Below, in pieces: positions 48,700 to 57,919 of a DNA stretch of 64,000 nucleotides. Source of the DNA: an uncultured Candidatus Saccharibacteria bacterium (GTDB taxonomy: Bacteria > Patescibacteriota > Dojkabacteria > J137); assembly GCA_964620955.1 (NCBI GenBank), contig CAZUKH010000001.1:53481-117480 (forward strand). Direction: 5' to 3'. The translations under genes were made by a program, and so were the position numbers. Position 1 is the stretch's first letter. Each line of letters begins with the position of its first letter. The notes beneath the pieces were generated by a model. That model ran no database searches, had not been told where the DNA came from, and was given only the letters and a program-made list of their open reading frames with translations.

Positions 48700-49788
48700 A
48701 TGATAAATCATATCACAATAAAGAATTACAGGAACATACATGACTTTAATTGGGATCTCGGGAAATTTAATTATATTATTGCTCCAAATGGCAAAGGTAA
48801 AACTAATATTCTTGAAAGTATTTATTACAGCGCTTTTAGAAATTCGTTTAGACCGCAAATTTCTGCACATGAGCTTATAGCCCAAGATAGTTCTTTTTTA
48901 CGGGTTTTAATAGATCTTTGGGATAACCATAAATTTGAATATGTTATTTCGAAAAACGAAAGTAACCTTGAGCGAAAATTTGTATTTGATGGTAAAGAAA
49001 CTACCAAAACAAAGGTTTTTAATAATTTTGCTGTTGTACTATTTGCACCGCATAGTGTAGATCTTGTAAATGGAAGCCCACAAACTCGAAGAGATGACCT
49101 GGATGCCGTTCTAAGCATTATTTCTAAAAACTATTCTGATAATGTTGCCAGATATTCAAAAGTTTTAAAGAACAGAAACGCAGTACTTAAATCAATTAGA
49201 GAAAGAAAATCTAGCGAAAATCAACTTGAGTTTTGGACTAATGAGTTAGCTAATTTGTGTGGACTAATTCAGCTTGCGCGTGTTGATTTTTTTTATAAAA
49301 TTGATGCTTATGTTACTAGAGCGGCTGCTGAGATTTATCATGACGAAGGCGAATTCAAAATAATATATTCTCCAAATATTGAGTGTACTAAAACTCAAAA
49401 CGAAATAACAAAAACATATTTAACCAAATTCGCAGAAAACAGGGAAAAAGAAATTATTGTTGGTAAAACACTTTATGGTGTTCACAAAGATGACTATTAT
49501 TTTGAATTCGCCTCGAAAAACTTAAAATATTTTGGTTCCCGCGGTCAACAAAGAATTGGAAGCCTAGCCTGGAAACTAGCTCATATTTTCTATCTTAAGC
49601 ATATTGATAAAAATGATATTACTTTTTTGATTGATGATTTAATGTCCGAACTTGACAAAAAACATAGATCAAATATTGCCAAATTGCTCATTGAACTCGA
49701 TATTCAGTGGATTTTAACAGGTGCAGATATTCAAGAAATTCCGAAAATAATAATTGAAAAAAGCAAGCAAATTTCTATAAAAAATTAA
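48700..49788 (+). CDS. recF: DNA replication/repair protein RecF
   Basis: NYRN, PNGKGKTNILESI, GVHKDD, SRGQQR, IDDLMSELD; start ATG 48700. Confidence 0.95.
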   Translation: MINHITIKNYRNIHDFNWDLGKFNYIIAPNGKGKTNILESIYYSAFRNSFRPQISAHELIAQDSSFLRVLIDLWDNHKFEYVISKNESNLERKFVFDGKETTKTKVFNNFAVVLFAPHSVDLVNGSPQTRRDDLDAVLSIISKNYSDNVARYSKVLKNRNAVLKSIRERKSSENQLEFWTNELANLCGLIQLARVDFFYKIDAYVTRAAAEIYHDEGEFKIIYSPNIECTKTQNEITKTYLTKFAENREKEIIVGKTLYGVHKDDYYFEFASKNLKYFGSRGQQRIGSLAWKLAHIFYLKHIDKNDITFLIDDLMSELDKKHRSNIAKLLIELDIQWILTGADIQEIPKIIIEKSKQISIKN

Positions 49789-49794
49789 GAACTT

Positions 49795-49912
49795 TATGCG
49801 TAATGAACGAAAGACGCTACCCATGGCGTGGAAAAGCTGCTTGTCTGTGAAAACGGAGTGACTGTACGGTCGAAAAATAAGGTAGTTGAACCGTGAAAAT
49901 TCAGTTTCTTTT
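49795..49912 (+). ncRNA. Candidate structured RNA between convergent genes
   Basis: Stems ACGCTA/TGGCGT, TCTGT-GAAA-ACGGA, ACGGT/ACCGT, AAGCTG/CAGTTT; G-U pairs favour the plus strand. Confidence 0.4.
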
Positions 49913-49917
49913 TATCT

Positions 49918-50280
49918 TTACTTATCAGTCGACAAATACTTGTCGAAATCATCTATAGTCTTTATTTTTTGAAGAGACTCATGTATATCAATAATATCAT
50001 CAGAATCTATGCTAGATATATTTGCAAATTTTTTTACTTCTTCTTTGTTAATTTCAGATTTAAATGCTGGGGTTTTCGAAGCTGCAACTATTCCTGGAAC
50101 TGGCATATTTACGTGAATAAGGTAGTTTGCTCCACAGTTTGAACAGTTAAGCCTGCAAATGGCCTTGTTACCCTCTTGTGACACAAGATCAAGATCTGAA
50201 TGAGCATGCTTATAACCGCACTTATCACAAAAATTTGGAATAATGCTGGAAATTTGATTTAAGAAATTTTGTTGTGGCAT
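49918..50280 (-). CDS. Zn-ribbon hypothetical protein
   Basis: CDKC...CSNC. Confidence 0.75.
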   Translation of the reverse strand: MPQQNFLNQISSIIPNFCDKCGYKHAHSDLDLVSQEGNKAICRLNCSNCGANYLIHVNMPVPGIVAASKTPAFKSEINKEEVKKFANISSIDSDDIIDIHESLQKIKTIDDFDKYLSTDK

Positions 50281-50367
50281 ATTTAATTATAAACTAATCT
50301 AGACTAAACCCCAAAGAATTATACCTATTAATTAGCAAATTAAGTATATCACTGCTAAAAGATGTTA

Positions 50368-50733
50368 TCAACTTTTCATATCCAAAAACTGCTCATGAAT
50401 TATGTCTTCAACTTCCGTTTTATTGAAAATAACTCCAACAAAATCAAACCTGTACGGCCATTTGTGTCTATTATTGGCTAATAACCATTGATTGGCAGCT
50501 TTTAACAATGATCTTTTTTTAGACTTAGTTAGACTTCCATAAATTGAAAACAAAGAACTTTGCTGTATTGACTTTACCTCTACAAACACGATCATTTCTC
50601 CTTGTTGCATTACTATGTCTAACTCACCACCATGAGAAAAATAGTTTTTTGATAGAGTTTTGTAGCCTTTTCCCGATAAAAAATCGTTAGCAATATTTTC
50701 CCCTTTTCTACCTTGTGAAATTGTTCTATGCAT
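50368..50733 (-). CDS. yraN: YraN family PD-(D/E)xK nuclease
   Basis: GENIA...GELDIV...VFVEVK...RFD. Confidence 0.9.
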   Translation of the reverse strand: MHRTISQGRKGENIANDFLSGKGYKTLSKNYFSHGGELDIVMQQGEMIVFVEVKSIQQSSLFSIYGSLTKSKKRSLLKAANQWLLANNRHKWPYRFDFVGVIFNKTEVEDIIHEQFLDMKS

Positions 50734-50759
50734 TTAAAATTATACCAAATTGGTAAACT

Positions 50760-51164
50760 TTAACGCTTTGAGTATTGTTCTGCTTTACGAGCTTTTCGAA
50801 GACCTGCTTTCTTTCTTTCAACCATTCGAGGATCTCGTGTTGTTAAGCCGTGATTCTTTAGGTCTTTTTTCTTTTCTGGGTATAATTTTATTAAAGCTCT
50901 TGAAAGCCCAAGTCTTATAGCTTCAAGTTGAGCACTTGGACCCCCACCTCTTGCCTTTGCAGTAAAAAAGAATTTTTTAGGCTCAAGGTTTAAAGCTATA
51001 AAAGGCAACATAAGCTTATTGACCAGATGTTCGGCCCCATACACTTTTTGGAGTGGTTTATCATTAACAGAAGACTCTCCTTGCTTTTCATAAAGCCTTA
51101 CTGTAGCCGTTGCTGTTTTTCTTCTACCTATTGCATAAAAGTACTCGTTCTTATTTTCTGCCAT
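50760..51164 (-). CDS. rpsI: 30S ribosomal protein S9
   Basis: GRRKTATA, RDPRMVERKK, QYSKR. Confidence 0.98.
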   Translation of the reverse strand: MAENKNEYFYAIGRRKTATATVRLYEKQGESSVNDKPLQKVYGAEHLVNKLMLPFIALNLEPKKFFFTAKARGGGPSAQLEAIRLGLSRALIKLYPEKKKDLKNHGLTTRDPRMVERKKAGLRKARKAEQYSKR

Positions 51165-51175
51165 ATATTTTAAAT

Positions 51176-51619
51176 CTATAATCTATATTTATTTAAGTCT
51201 AGTAATTGTGGAGCTTGAGCATTGTGAGGGTGTTCACTGGTTTTATAGACCTTTAAGTTAGATATAATTTTTCGCCCCCTACTATTTTTTGGAAGCATAC
51301 CCTTGACTGCACTATAAATTACATTGGTGCTGTCTTTTAACATTACAGTGTCTAAATCTTCATGCTTTAAACCACTTGGGAACCCGGAAAATTTCTTATA
51401 AAATTTGGTAAAACCTCTTTTTGGAGTGTAGTCAATGCTATCAGAATTTATTACAACCACATTTATCCTTGGCAAAAGATTTGGCCTTACCTTTGGATTG
51501 TTTTTACCGAGTAACAGCTCTGCAAGCTTAGTAGCAAGAACCCCTATTCTTTTACCTGCTGCATCAACTAAATACCATTTTTCTTCTATTTGTGTTTGAC
51601 TTATAGTTTGATATTTCAT
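51176..51619 (-). CDS. rplM: 50S ribosomal protein L13
   Basis: WYLVDA, AVKGMLPKN, HPHNAQ. Confidence 0.97.
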   Translation of the reverse strand: MKYQTISQTQIEEKWYLVDAAGKRIGVLATKLAELLLGKNNPKVRPNLLPRINVVVINSDSIDYTPKRGFTKFYKKFSGFPSGLKHEDLDTVMLKDSTNVIYSAVKGMLPKNSRGRKIISNLKVYKTSEHPHNAQAPQLLDLNKYRL

Positions 51620-51621
51620 AT

Positions 51622-52095
51622 TTATTTACCGCTAACGGCTTTTCTAACTCTTTTGGCTATTCCTTTAGTTTTACCTTTTTTTTCTTCCTGTTTTTTCAAT
51701 GTTTCTTTAACTTTAGATTTAATTTCTTTTCCTTCAAAATTTACAAGCATAACATATGATTGCGCCGAGTTGTCGCCTGGCCTTGATGTAGTTTTAACAA
51801 CGTGAGTGTAGCCTGAATTTCTATCGTTTAAATACTTTTTTACAACTGTTCCTAGCCTTTCAACTGCTCTTTTGTTACCACCCAAAAATGATGATACTAC
51901 CCTATTACCTGCTTCTGTCTCTTTTTTGTACGCAGTAACTAGCTTATCAAAAGAACTTTTTAAAAGTTTTGCTTTTTTTGGAGTAGTTTTTATTTTCCCG
52001 TTTCGGATTAGTTCTACAACCAACGATTTAGCTAAAGCTTTTTTGTGGCTTGCTGTAACTCCGCTTATTTTTATTTTTTTTCTATTTGTAAACAT
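51622..52095 (-). CDS. rplQ: 50S ribosomal protein L17 with basic C-terminal extension
   Basis: IKTTPKKAK, RNSGYT, RPGDNS. Confidence 0.93.
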   Translation of the reverse strand: MFTNRKKIKISGVTASHKKALAKSLVVELIRNGKIKTTPKKAKLLKSSFDKLVTAYKKETEAGNRVVSSFLGGNKRAVERLGTVVKKYLNDRNSGYTHVVKTTSRPGDNSAQSYVMLVNFEGKEIKSKVKETLKKQEEKKGKTKGIAKRVRKAVSGK

Positions 52096-52119
52096 CTTGA
52101 GCTATTTTAAACAGATTTT

Positions 52120-53085
52120 TTAGATTAAATTAACTCCGTTTTTCTTTAAAGCATCAAAAAGCTCTACCAGTGACTTTTCTCCCATTCCTCGAATATTTGC
52201 TACCTCTTCTTCTGTAAAGCCTTCTAACTTCGATAAATCATCAAATCCTGCCCTAACCAAAGCATTGGTTAGCCTTGTTGATAAATTAAGTTCTGAAACT
52301 AGCAGTTTTTTATCTGTTGCATTTTGACCAATTTGTGATGCGGATGGAGTGGAAACAGTTGGAACACTCATTAAAGAATTACCGGTCACCATTTCGTTTG
52401 CGTTTTCTGATAGGTTTGTAGCCATTTCTTGTAATAAATTTGCTGCAATACCTAAAGCATCAGAAGGTGCAATAGAACCATTTGTAGTTATTGTTATGTT
52501 TACTTTGTCTAAATCTGTCTGTTGTCCTACTCTTGTTTGAGTTACAGAATAACTAACAAGCTTTACTGGTGAAAATATTGCATCTACTGGCAAAACTCCA
52601 ACTTCTTGCCTTACTGCCTCGTCAGGTAATTGGTATCCTACACCTCTTTCAACTGTTATTTCTGCTTTAAATCTTGTCTTACTTCCTGTTAATTTTGTAA
52701 TTACATAATCTTTATTTATTATTTCAACATCAGAATTAGCTTTAATGTCGGATGCTTTTACTTCTACAACTTGTCCATCTTTTCCTTTTACATCTATTTC
52801 AAGTTTGACTGGTTCTTCGACTTTTGAAATAAAAATAATATTTTTAAAAGCAAGAACTACTGTTAAAACATCATCACTCAATCCAGCTAGTGTAGAATAT
52901 TCATGTTGTACACCGTCAATTTTTACTGCAGTAACTGCAGAACCTGGTATAGAAGTCTCAAGAACTCTTCTAATCATATTACCTAAAGTGTGACCATACC
53001 CTGTTGGTAATGGCGAAATTTCAAATTCACCTTTAGTTTCGGTTTGCTCTTTTTGCGTAATTCGGAATTCTGCTAGTGAAATCAT
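52120..53085 (-). CDS. rpoA: RNA polymerase alpha subunit
   Basis: GYGHTLGN..RR, HEYST, DAIFSPV and the CTD. Confidence 0.98.
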   Translation of the reverse strand: MISLAEFRITQKEQTETKGEFEISPLPTGYGHTLGNMIRRVLETSIPGSAVTAVKIDGVQHEYSTLAGLSDDVLTVVLAFKNIIFISKVEEPVKLEIDVKGKDGQVVEVKASDIKANSDVEIINKDYVITKLTGSKTRFKAEITVERGVGYQLPDEAVRQEVGVLPVDAIFSPVKLVSYSVTQTRVGQQTDLDKVNITITTNGSIAPSDALGIAANLLQEMATNLSENANEMVTGNSLMSVPTVSTPSASQIGQNATDKKLLVSELNLSTRLTNALVRAGFDDLSKLEGFTEEEVANIRGMGEKSLVELFDALKKNGVNLI

Positions 53086-53112
53086 ACTTAAAAAAATTGA
53101 TAAATATATAAA

Positions 53113-53709
53113 TTACCTTGAGTACAACTCAATAATTAGACGCTCTTTTATTGTTTTGTCCATTTCATCTCTTGTTGGCTCTGCTACAACCTTTCCACCT
53201 TTTGCAAGCTTAGAAAGCCATGCTGGTGCCTTAACAGATTTATTAGCCTGCTCAATTTCTTTGGTTATTGGAGATTTCAAAAGTTTTTCTTTTATAGTTA
53301 TTTCATCACCTGGCTTAAGAATTGCTGAAGGCACATTATGCTTTTTACCATTGAGCTGGACAAGACCATGAGTAACAAACTGCCTTGCTTGATCTCTTGT
53401 AACTGCATACCCTAGTTTATATAAAACATTGTCTAGTCTTAGTTCTAATAGTTGTAAAAGTCTTGTGCTTGAGTTACCTTCAGTTTTAAGTGCCATCGTG
53501 TAAAATCGCCTAAATTGCTTTTCTGTCATTCCGTACATTCTTTTAACTTTTTGCTTTTCACGAAACTGTATTGCATATTCTGACTGTCTTTTTTTAAGCA
53601 TATTGAATTGTCCAGGCAGGGTTGCTCTTCGTTTCCATTTTTCTGAAGATGTTTTTACTGTTGCATTTTCTCTTCTATTTATTCTCCATTTTGGTCCTGT
53701 ATATCTCAT
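53113..53709 (-). CDS. rpsD: 30S ribosomal protein S4
   Basis: RYTGP, EKQK, LELRLDN, ELYSR. Confidence 0.98.
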   Translation of the reverse strand: MRYTGPKWRINRRENATVKTSSEKWKRRATLPGQFNMLKKRQSEYAIQFREKQKVKRMYGMTEKQFRRFYTMALKTEGNSSTRLLQLLELRLDNVLYKLGYAVTRDQARQFVTHGLVQLNGKKHNVPSAILKPGDEITIKEKLLKSPITKEIEQANKSVKAPAWLSKLAKGGKVVAEPTRDEMDKTIKERLIIELYSR

Positions 53710-53728
53710 AGTTGTTTACTTTATATTT

Positions 53729-54148
53729 TTATTTTTTAGGCATTCGTCTTGGCTTGCATCCTCCATGCGGAACAGGGGTATGATCTGCAAGAGAAGTAAT
53801 TCTTATCCCAGCAGCTCTTATACCTTTAATTGCTGCTTGTCTTCCAATTCCAATTCCCGAAACAATAACTTCTGCTTCTTTAGCTCCAACATCCATGGCT
53901 TTTTTGGAAGCTTCTTCTCCAGCTCGGGTTGCTGCATATGCAGTACTTTTTTTGCTACCTTTAAAACCAACTGACCCACAACTGCTTGTAGAAATTACAT
54001 TTCCTTCATAATCAGTAACGCTAACAATTGTATTATTATATGTTGCCCATACTTTTACTAACACCCTTGGAGAAACTGACTTCTTTTTTTTCTTTTTTAC
54101 TTCTGTTGTTTTAGCTGCTACTGTTTTATTTGCTTGCTTTGTTGCCAT
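53729..54148 (-). CDS. rpsK: 30S ribosomal protein S11
   Basis: TYNNTIV, KSTAYAA, TPVPHGGC. Confidence 0.98.
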   Translation of the reverse strand: MATKQANKTVAAKTTEVKKKKKKSVSPRVLVKVWATYNNTIVSVTDYEGNVISTSSCGSVGFKGSKKSTAYAATRAGEEASKKAMDVGAKEAEVIVSGIGIGRQAAIKGIRAAGIRITSLADHTPVPHGGCKPRRMPKK

Positions 54149-54154
54149 AATTTT

Positions 54155-54538
54155 TTATTTTTGTGTTGCTTTTATTTTTAGCCCTCCTACTGCTATTGCC
54201 CTTCCTTTTCTTGTTCTGCAGTTACTTCTTGTATTTTGACCTCTCACTGGCAACCCAGCTTTATGTCTTAAACCTCTGTATGCTCTTATATCTTTAAGTC
54301 TTTTTACGTCTTTAAAAACTTTTTGCCTTATTTGACCTTCCGTTGGCACATTTTTCTCAATGTACTCGTAAATTCTTTTAATTTCGTTGTCTTTAAGGTC
54401 TTTAACTCTTGTGTCAGGATTGATATTTGTAGCCTTGAGAATTTTTTGTGAAGTTGACAATCCAATGCCAACAACATATGTTAATGCAGCTTCTACTCTT
54501 TTTTCATTTGGGATTTCAACCCCTACTATTCTTGCCAT
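54155..54538 (-). CDS. rpsM: 30S ribosomal protein S13
   Basis: [21 protein letters not shown]. Confidence 0.98.
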   Translation of the reverse strand: MARIVGVEIPNEKRVEAALTYVVGIGLSTSQKILKATNINPDTRVKDLKDNEIKRIYEYIEKNVPTEGQIRQKVFKDVKRLKDIRAYRGLRHKAGLPVRGQNTRSNCRTRKGRAIAVGGLKIKATQK

Positions 54539-54568
54539 TATTATTTTTTATTATTACTAAATTTGTTA

Positions 54569-54721
54569 TTAGCCTTGCTTTTGTTTATGCCTTGGATTTG
54601 ACTTACAGTAAACATAATAGACAGGCTTTATGGTAACTTTACCTTTAGTCACTATTCTTTTTTTTCTTTTTACTATGTAACAATCTTTACACCTTTTTTT
54701 GATACTAGCTTTGGCTTTCAT
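54569..54721 (-). CDS. rpmJ: 50S ribosomal protein L36 (50 aa, with insertion)
   Basis: Manual translation [50 protein letters not shown]; CxxC..C..H Zn motif; located between infA and rpsM. Confidence 0.93.
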   Translation of the reverse strand: MKAKASIKKRCKDCYIVKRKKRIVTKGKVTIKPVYYVYCKSNPRHKQKQG

Positions 54722-54801
54722 CAGGTCAAAATTAACTATGATTTATAGCAGATTTTTTGTTGATAGTAAATAGTTATCTGCTAATTTCTATGTTTTTATA
54801 A

Positions 54802-55083
54802 CTATTTTTTTGGTCTTCTTGGAGGACCATAACCATACTGTCTTTTAGTTATTCTGTAGACTATTCTCCCAATGTTTATATCGTACAATGATATTTCTAT
54901 TCTTACTTGATCTCCTTTAACCAACTGAATAAAGTTTGTTCTCATTTTCCCCGAGACATAGCATTTTACATTATGCTCCATACCCTGATAATTTATTTTT
55001 ACAATGTATTCAAGGCCAGGAAGTACATCTGTTACAACCCCTTCTACAATAATACTGGCAGTCTTATCCTTTTCTTTAGACAT
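54802..55083 (-). CDS. infA: Translation initiation factor IF-1
   Basis: EGVVTDVLP, SGKMR, GDQV, YD...GRIVYR. Confidence 0.96.
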   Translation of the reverse strand: MSKEKDKTASIIVEGVVTDVLPGLEYIVKINYQGMEHNVKCYVSGKMRTNFIQLVKGDQVRIEISLYDINIGRIVYRITKRQYGYGPPRRPKK

Positions 55084-55142
55084 TATTTCTTAATAATTTT
55101 AGCTTGTGCATTTTAGCAGGAAGATTGTTATTTTACCAGGAT

Positions 55143-55883
55143 TCACGAAGCAGCAGTCTTTTTTGATTTAAGACTTGCACCGACCACTACTAAAATTACT
55201 CCTAAAAATATTGTGATTATTGAACCTAAGTCTGTAGGTAAAGCTGTATTAGGAGTTGTTTGGCCACCCGAAGGCGTTGTTCCTTGTCCATTTGTGCCTC
55301 CAGTAGTAGTGCCTCCCGACCCAGACGTTTGTTGCGTACTAAGTGCGACTGTAACTTCGTTAGATGTATACGCAAGCCCTATTCCAGCTTGTCTAACTAG
55401 CTGAGTGCCTGTAGTACCCTCAACTACTTTTATGACTGGGCTACCTGTTGTTTGTGCCTGAAACTCTATTTCGGCAACATTTCGGTTTACTGCCAAAGGT
55501 TGACTTGGAGCCACTGCCCTCAGTCTTATCCTCCCCACATTGGCAACTGTATTATCTTGTAGCTGATCTTCAACTTCAAACACTGTATCCAAAAATTTTA
55601 TTTGCGTTCCAGCTGTAGCTGGATCTGCATCCACAACTTGCAGTTTAGTTGGATCAAAATCTATAACAACTCTATATTCATTAATATTTACATCATTGGT
55701 GTTTATTGCAACTGTAACTTTAAATTTTTGACCTATAGTTACTGATGTACTAGAAGATGTAAGTAAAACAGTCCCACTGACTGTAGTCCCGCCGCCTATA
55801 TCTATAGATCCAAATGTGGGTTGGGCAAAAGAATCTACCTGTGCATGGGCTTTCGGAATCAGTATTTCAATCAGATTTGCCAT
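55143..55883 (-). CDS. Cohesin-domain surface protein with C-terminal TM anchor
   Basis: IDFDPTKLQVVD cohesin motif; G/T linker; TPNTA + TM helix + basic tail (sortase-like signal). Confidence 0.8.
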   Translation of the reverse strand: MANLIEILIPKAHAQVDSFAQPTFGSIDIGGGTTVSGTVLLTSSSTSVTIGQKFKVTVAINTNDVNINEYRVVIDFDPTKLQVVDADPATAGTQIKFLDTVFEVEDQLQDNTVANVGRIRLRAVAPSQPLAVNRNVAEIEFQAQTTGSPVIKVVEGTTGTQLVRQAGIGLAYTSNEVTVALSTQQTSGSGGTTTGGTNGQGTTPSGGQTTPNTALPTDLGSIITIFLGVILVVVGASLKSKKTAAS

Positions 55884-56025
55884 AAGTCATAATATATCTA
55901 AATTAGTTATAGTTCAATTTTGCTTATGTAATAGGCTTAGGAAGGTGGCAAATTGTAGCAAAAGTGTTGGGTGAAATATACATGAATATACCAGCACAAT
56001 ACAAAGTTTATTTTAAACTAATCAT

Positions 56026-56073
56026 AAAACCCTTGATTTTAGTCCGGCCTGCCTAAGGTCATACAAAGGATTT
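56026..56073 (-). repeat. Dispersed 48-bp intergenic element, copy 2
   Basis: Reverse complement AAATCCTTTGTATGACCTTAGGCAGGCCGGACTAAAATCAAGGGTTTT. Confidence 0.65.
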
Positions 56074-56132
56074 TATTGTTTCGCATGAAGCTTTAATTGT
56101 GGTAAATTGGTACGATTAAGATTAGAAAATGA

Positions 56133-56951
56133 ATGAAGACATATAATCCCCACGTGGCAATAGTAATTGTTACATGGAATAATGAAAAAGATATTAAAAC
56201 TTGCATTGACTCTCTTTTTAAATCCAGCTATAAGAATATTTCTGTCATTGTAGTTGATAATGCATCTACAGATGCAACATGTAAAGTTATTAAAGAAAAT
56301 TATAAAGCTGAGGTGCATTTAATAAAACTTCCAGAAAATCTTTACCTAACTGGTGGTAATAACATTGGAATTCAATATGCTCTAGACACTTTTGCGCCTG
56401 AATACACTATGGTGCTCAATCCTGATACTCAAGTTGATAAAAATGCATTAAATTTAATGGTAAAAACTGCTAGCAAATCAGAACGAATTGGAGCAGTTGG
56501 GCCTAAATTAGTGTTTTTTAATAATCATAATGCTGGGTTGATTAATTCTGCAGGTATTTTTTATGATGGGTTTGCACAGGCCTACGATAGAGGTTTTATG
56601 GATAAAGACGAAGGCCAGTGGGACAAAGAAGAAAAGGTATTTGGTGTAAGTGGTGCATGCATTCTTTATAAAAGTAAAATGCTAAGCGAAATTGGCTTGT
56701 ATTGGATTCCAATTAGAATGTATTTAGATGAGGTAGAAATGTTTATAAGGGCACAAAAAAGAGGCTGGTCTGTTGTATTCAATGGCGAAGCGGTTGTTTA
56801 TCATTCATATATGAAGTCCACAAACTCTAACAAACTCTTTAGGATCGAAAAACAAAAGTTAAAAGCTTGGATGCTTATAGCCTTAAGACACTACTCTTTA
56901 AAGGGCAAATTTGCCATGGCACGAAAATATTTTTTTAATCTTTTTTCATGA
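56133..56951 (+). CDS. Glycosyltransferase family 2
   Basis: IVIVTWN, VVDNASTD, GGNNIG, LNPDT, SGAC motifs. Confidence 0.93.
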   Translation: MKTYNPHVAIVIVTWNNEKDIKTCIDSLFKSSYKNISVIVVDNASTDATCKVIKENYKAEVHLIKLPENLYLTGGNNIGIQYALDTFAPEYTMVLNPDTQVDKNALNLMVKTASKSERIGAVGPKLVFFNNHNAGLINSAGIFYDGFAQAYDRGFMDKDEGQWDKEEKVFGVSGACILYKSKMLSEIGLYWIPIRMYLDEVEMFIRAQKRGWSVVFNGEAVVYHSYMKSTNSNKLFRIEKQKLKAWMLIALRHYSLKGKFAMARKYFFNLFS

Positions 56952-57919
56952 AAAATAAAACTGTGTTAATTACTGGCTCAGCCGGTTTTATTGGAACTAA
57001 TCTTACGAAATGGCACCTTGCTAACGGTGACAAAGTAATAGGAATTGACAATTTTAGCTCTGCAGACAAGTGGAAATCTTCTTTACATAGTAAGAATAAA
57101 AACTATAAATTTTTAAATCTTGATATTTCGAAGTCTTTTAGTGATGAAGTTAAAATGCTTTCAGGGGAAACAATAGACTACATTTATAATTTAGCATGTC
57201 CTGCCTCTCCACCTAGATATCAGGCTTTGCCACTTGAAACTATAGCTGTTAATACACTTGGGATAATTAATGTGCTTGACTTAGCTCTTGATACAGGTGC
57301 AAAGGTTTTACAGGCCTCTACTTCTGAGGTGTATGGGGACCCTTTAGAACACCCTCAAAAAGAGACATACCGTGGAAACGTAAATACCGTTGGTCCGAGA
57401 AGCTGTTACGATGAAGGTAAAAGAATAGCAGAAACTATTTGTTATGAATATAAAAAGAAAGGGGTTGATATAAAAATTGCTCGCTTTTTTAATACATATG
57501 GGCCATTTATGGACCCAGATGATGGCAGGGTTGTAACAAATTTTATTTTGCAATCAATTAATAACAAAAATATAACTATTTTTGGGAAAGGGAGTCAAAC
57601 AAGATCTTTTCAATATATTGACGATCTTATTACGGCAATTACGACTTTTATTTCTATAGATAATTTATTTGGACCATTAAACATAGGAAACCCGGGTGAA
57701 TTCACAATACTTGAACTTGCAGAAATCGTATTAGAACTTACCAAATCAAAAAGCAAGCTGGTATTTAAAGACCTGCCTGCAGATGATCCTTTACAAAGAA
57801 GGCCTGATATTACTGAAGCGAAAGAAAAGTTAAGCTGGGTACCTAAAGTCCAATTAAAAGAAGGTCTTAAAAAAACTATAAATTATTTTAAAAATCTTGA
57901 AAAATTTTCAACAAATTAA
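56948..57919 (+). CDS. UDP-glucuronate decarboxylase (UXS-like SDR)
   Basis: TGSAGFIG, LACPASP, ASTSEVYGDP, YDEGKR, DDPLQRRPDI motifs. Confidence 0.93.
   Translation: MKNKTVLITGSAGFIGTNLTKWHLANGDKVIGIDNFSSADKWKSSLHSKNKNYKFLNLDISKSFSDEVKMLSGETIDYIYNLACPASPPRYQALPLETIAVNTLGIINVLDLALDTGAKVLQASTSEVYGDPLEHPQKETYRGNVNTVGPRSCYDEGKRIAETICYEYKKKGVDIKIARFFNTYGPFMDPDDGRVVTNFILQSINNKNITIFGKGSQTRSFQYIDDLITAITTFISIDNLFGPLNIGNPGEFTILELAEIVLELTKSKSKLVFKDLPADDPLQRRPDITEAKEKLSWVPKVQLKEGLKKTINYFKNLEKFSTN

Noticed and set aside
55963-55997. GTGTTGG...CCAGCAC hairpin in the divergent intergenic region
   Set aside because: A single modest stem with no additional support.
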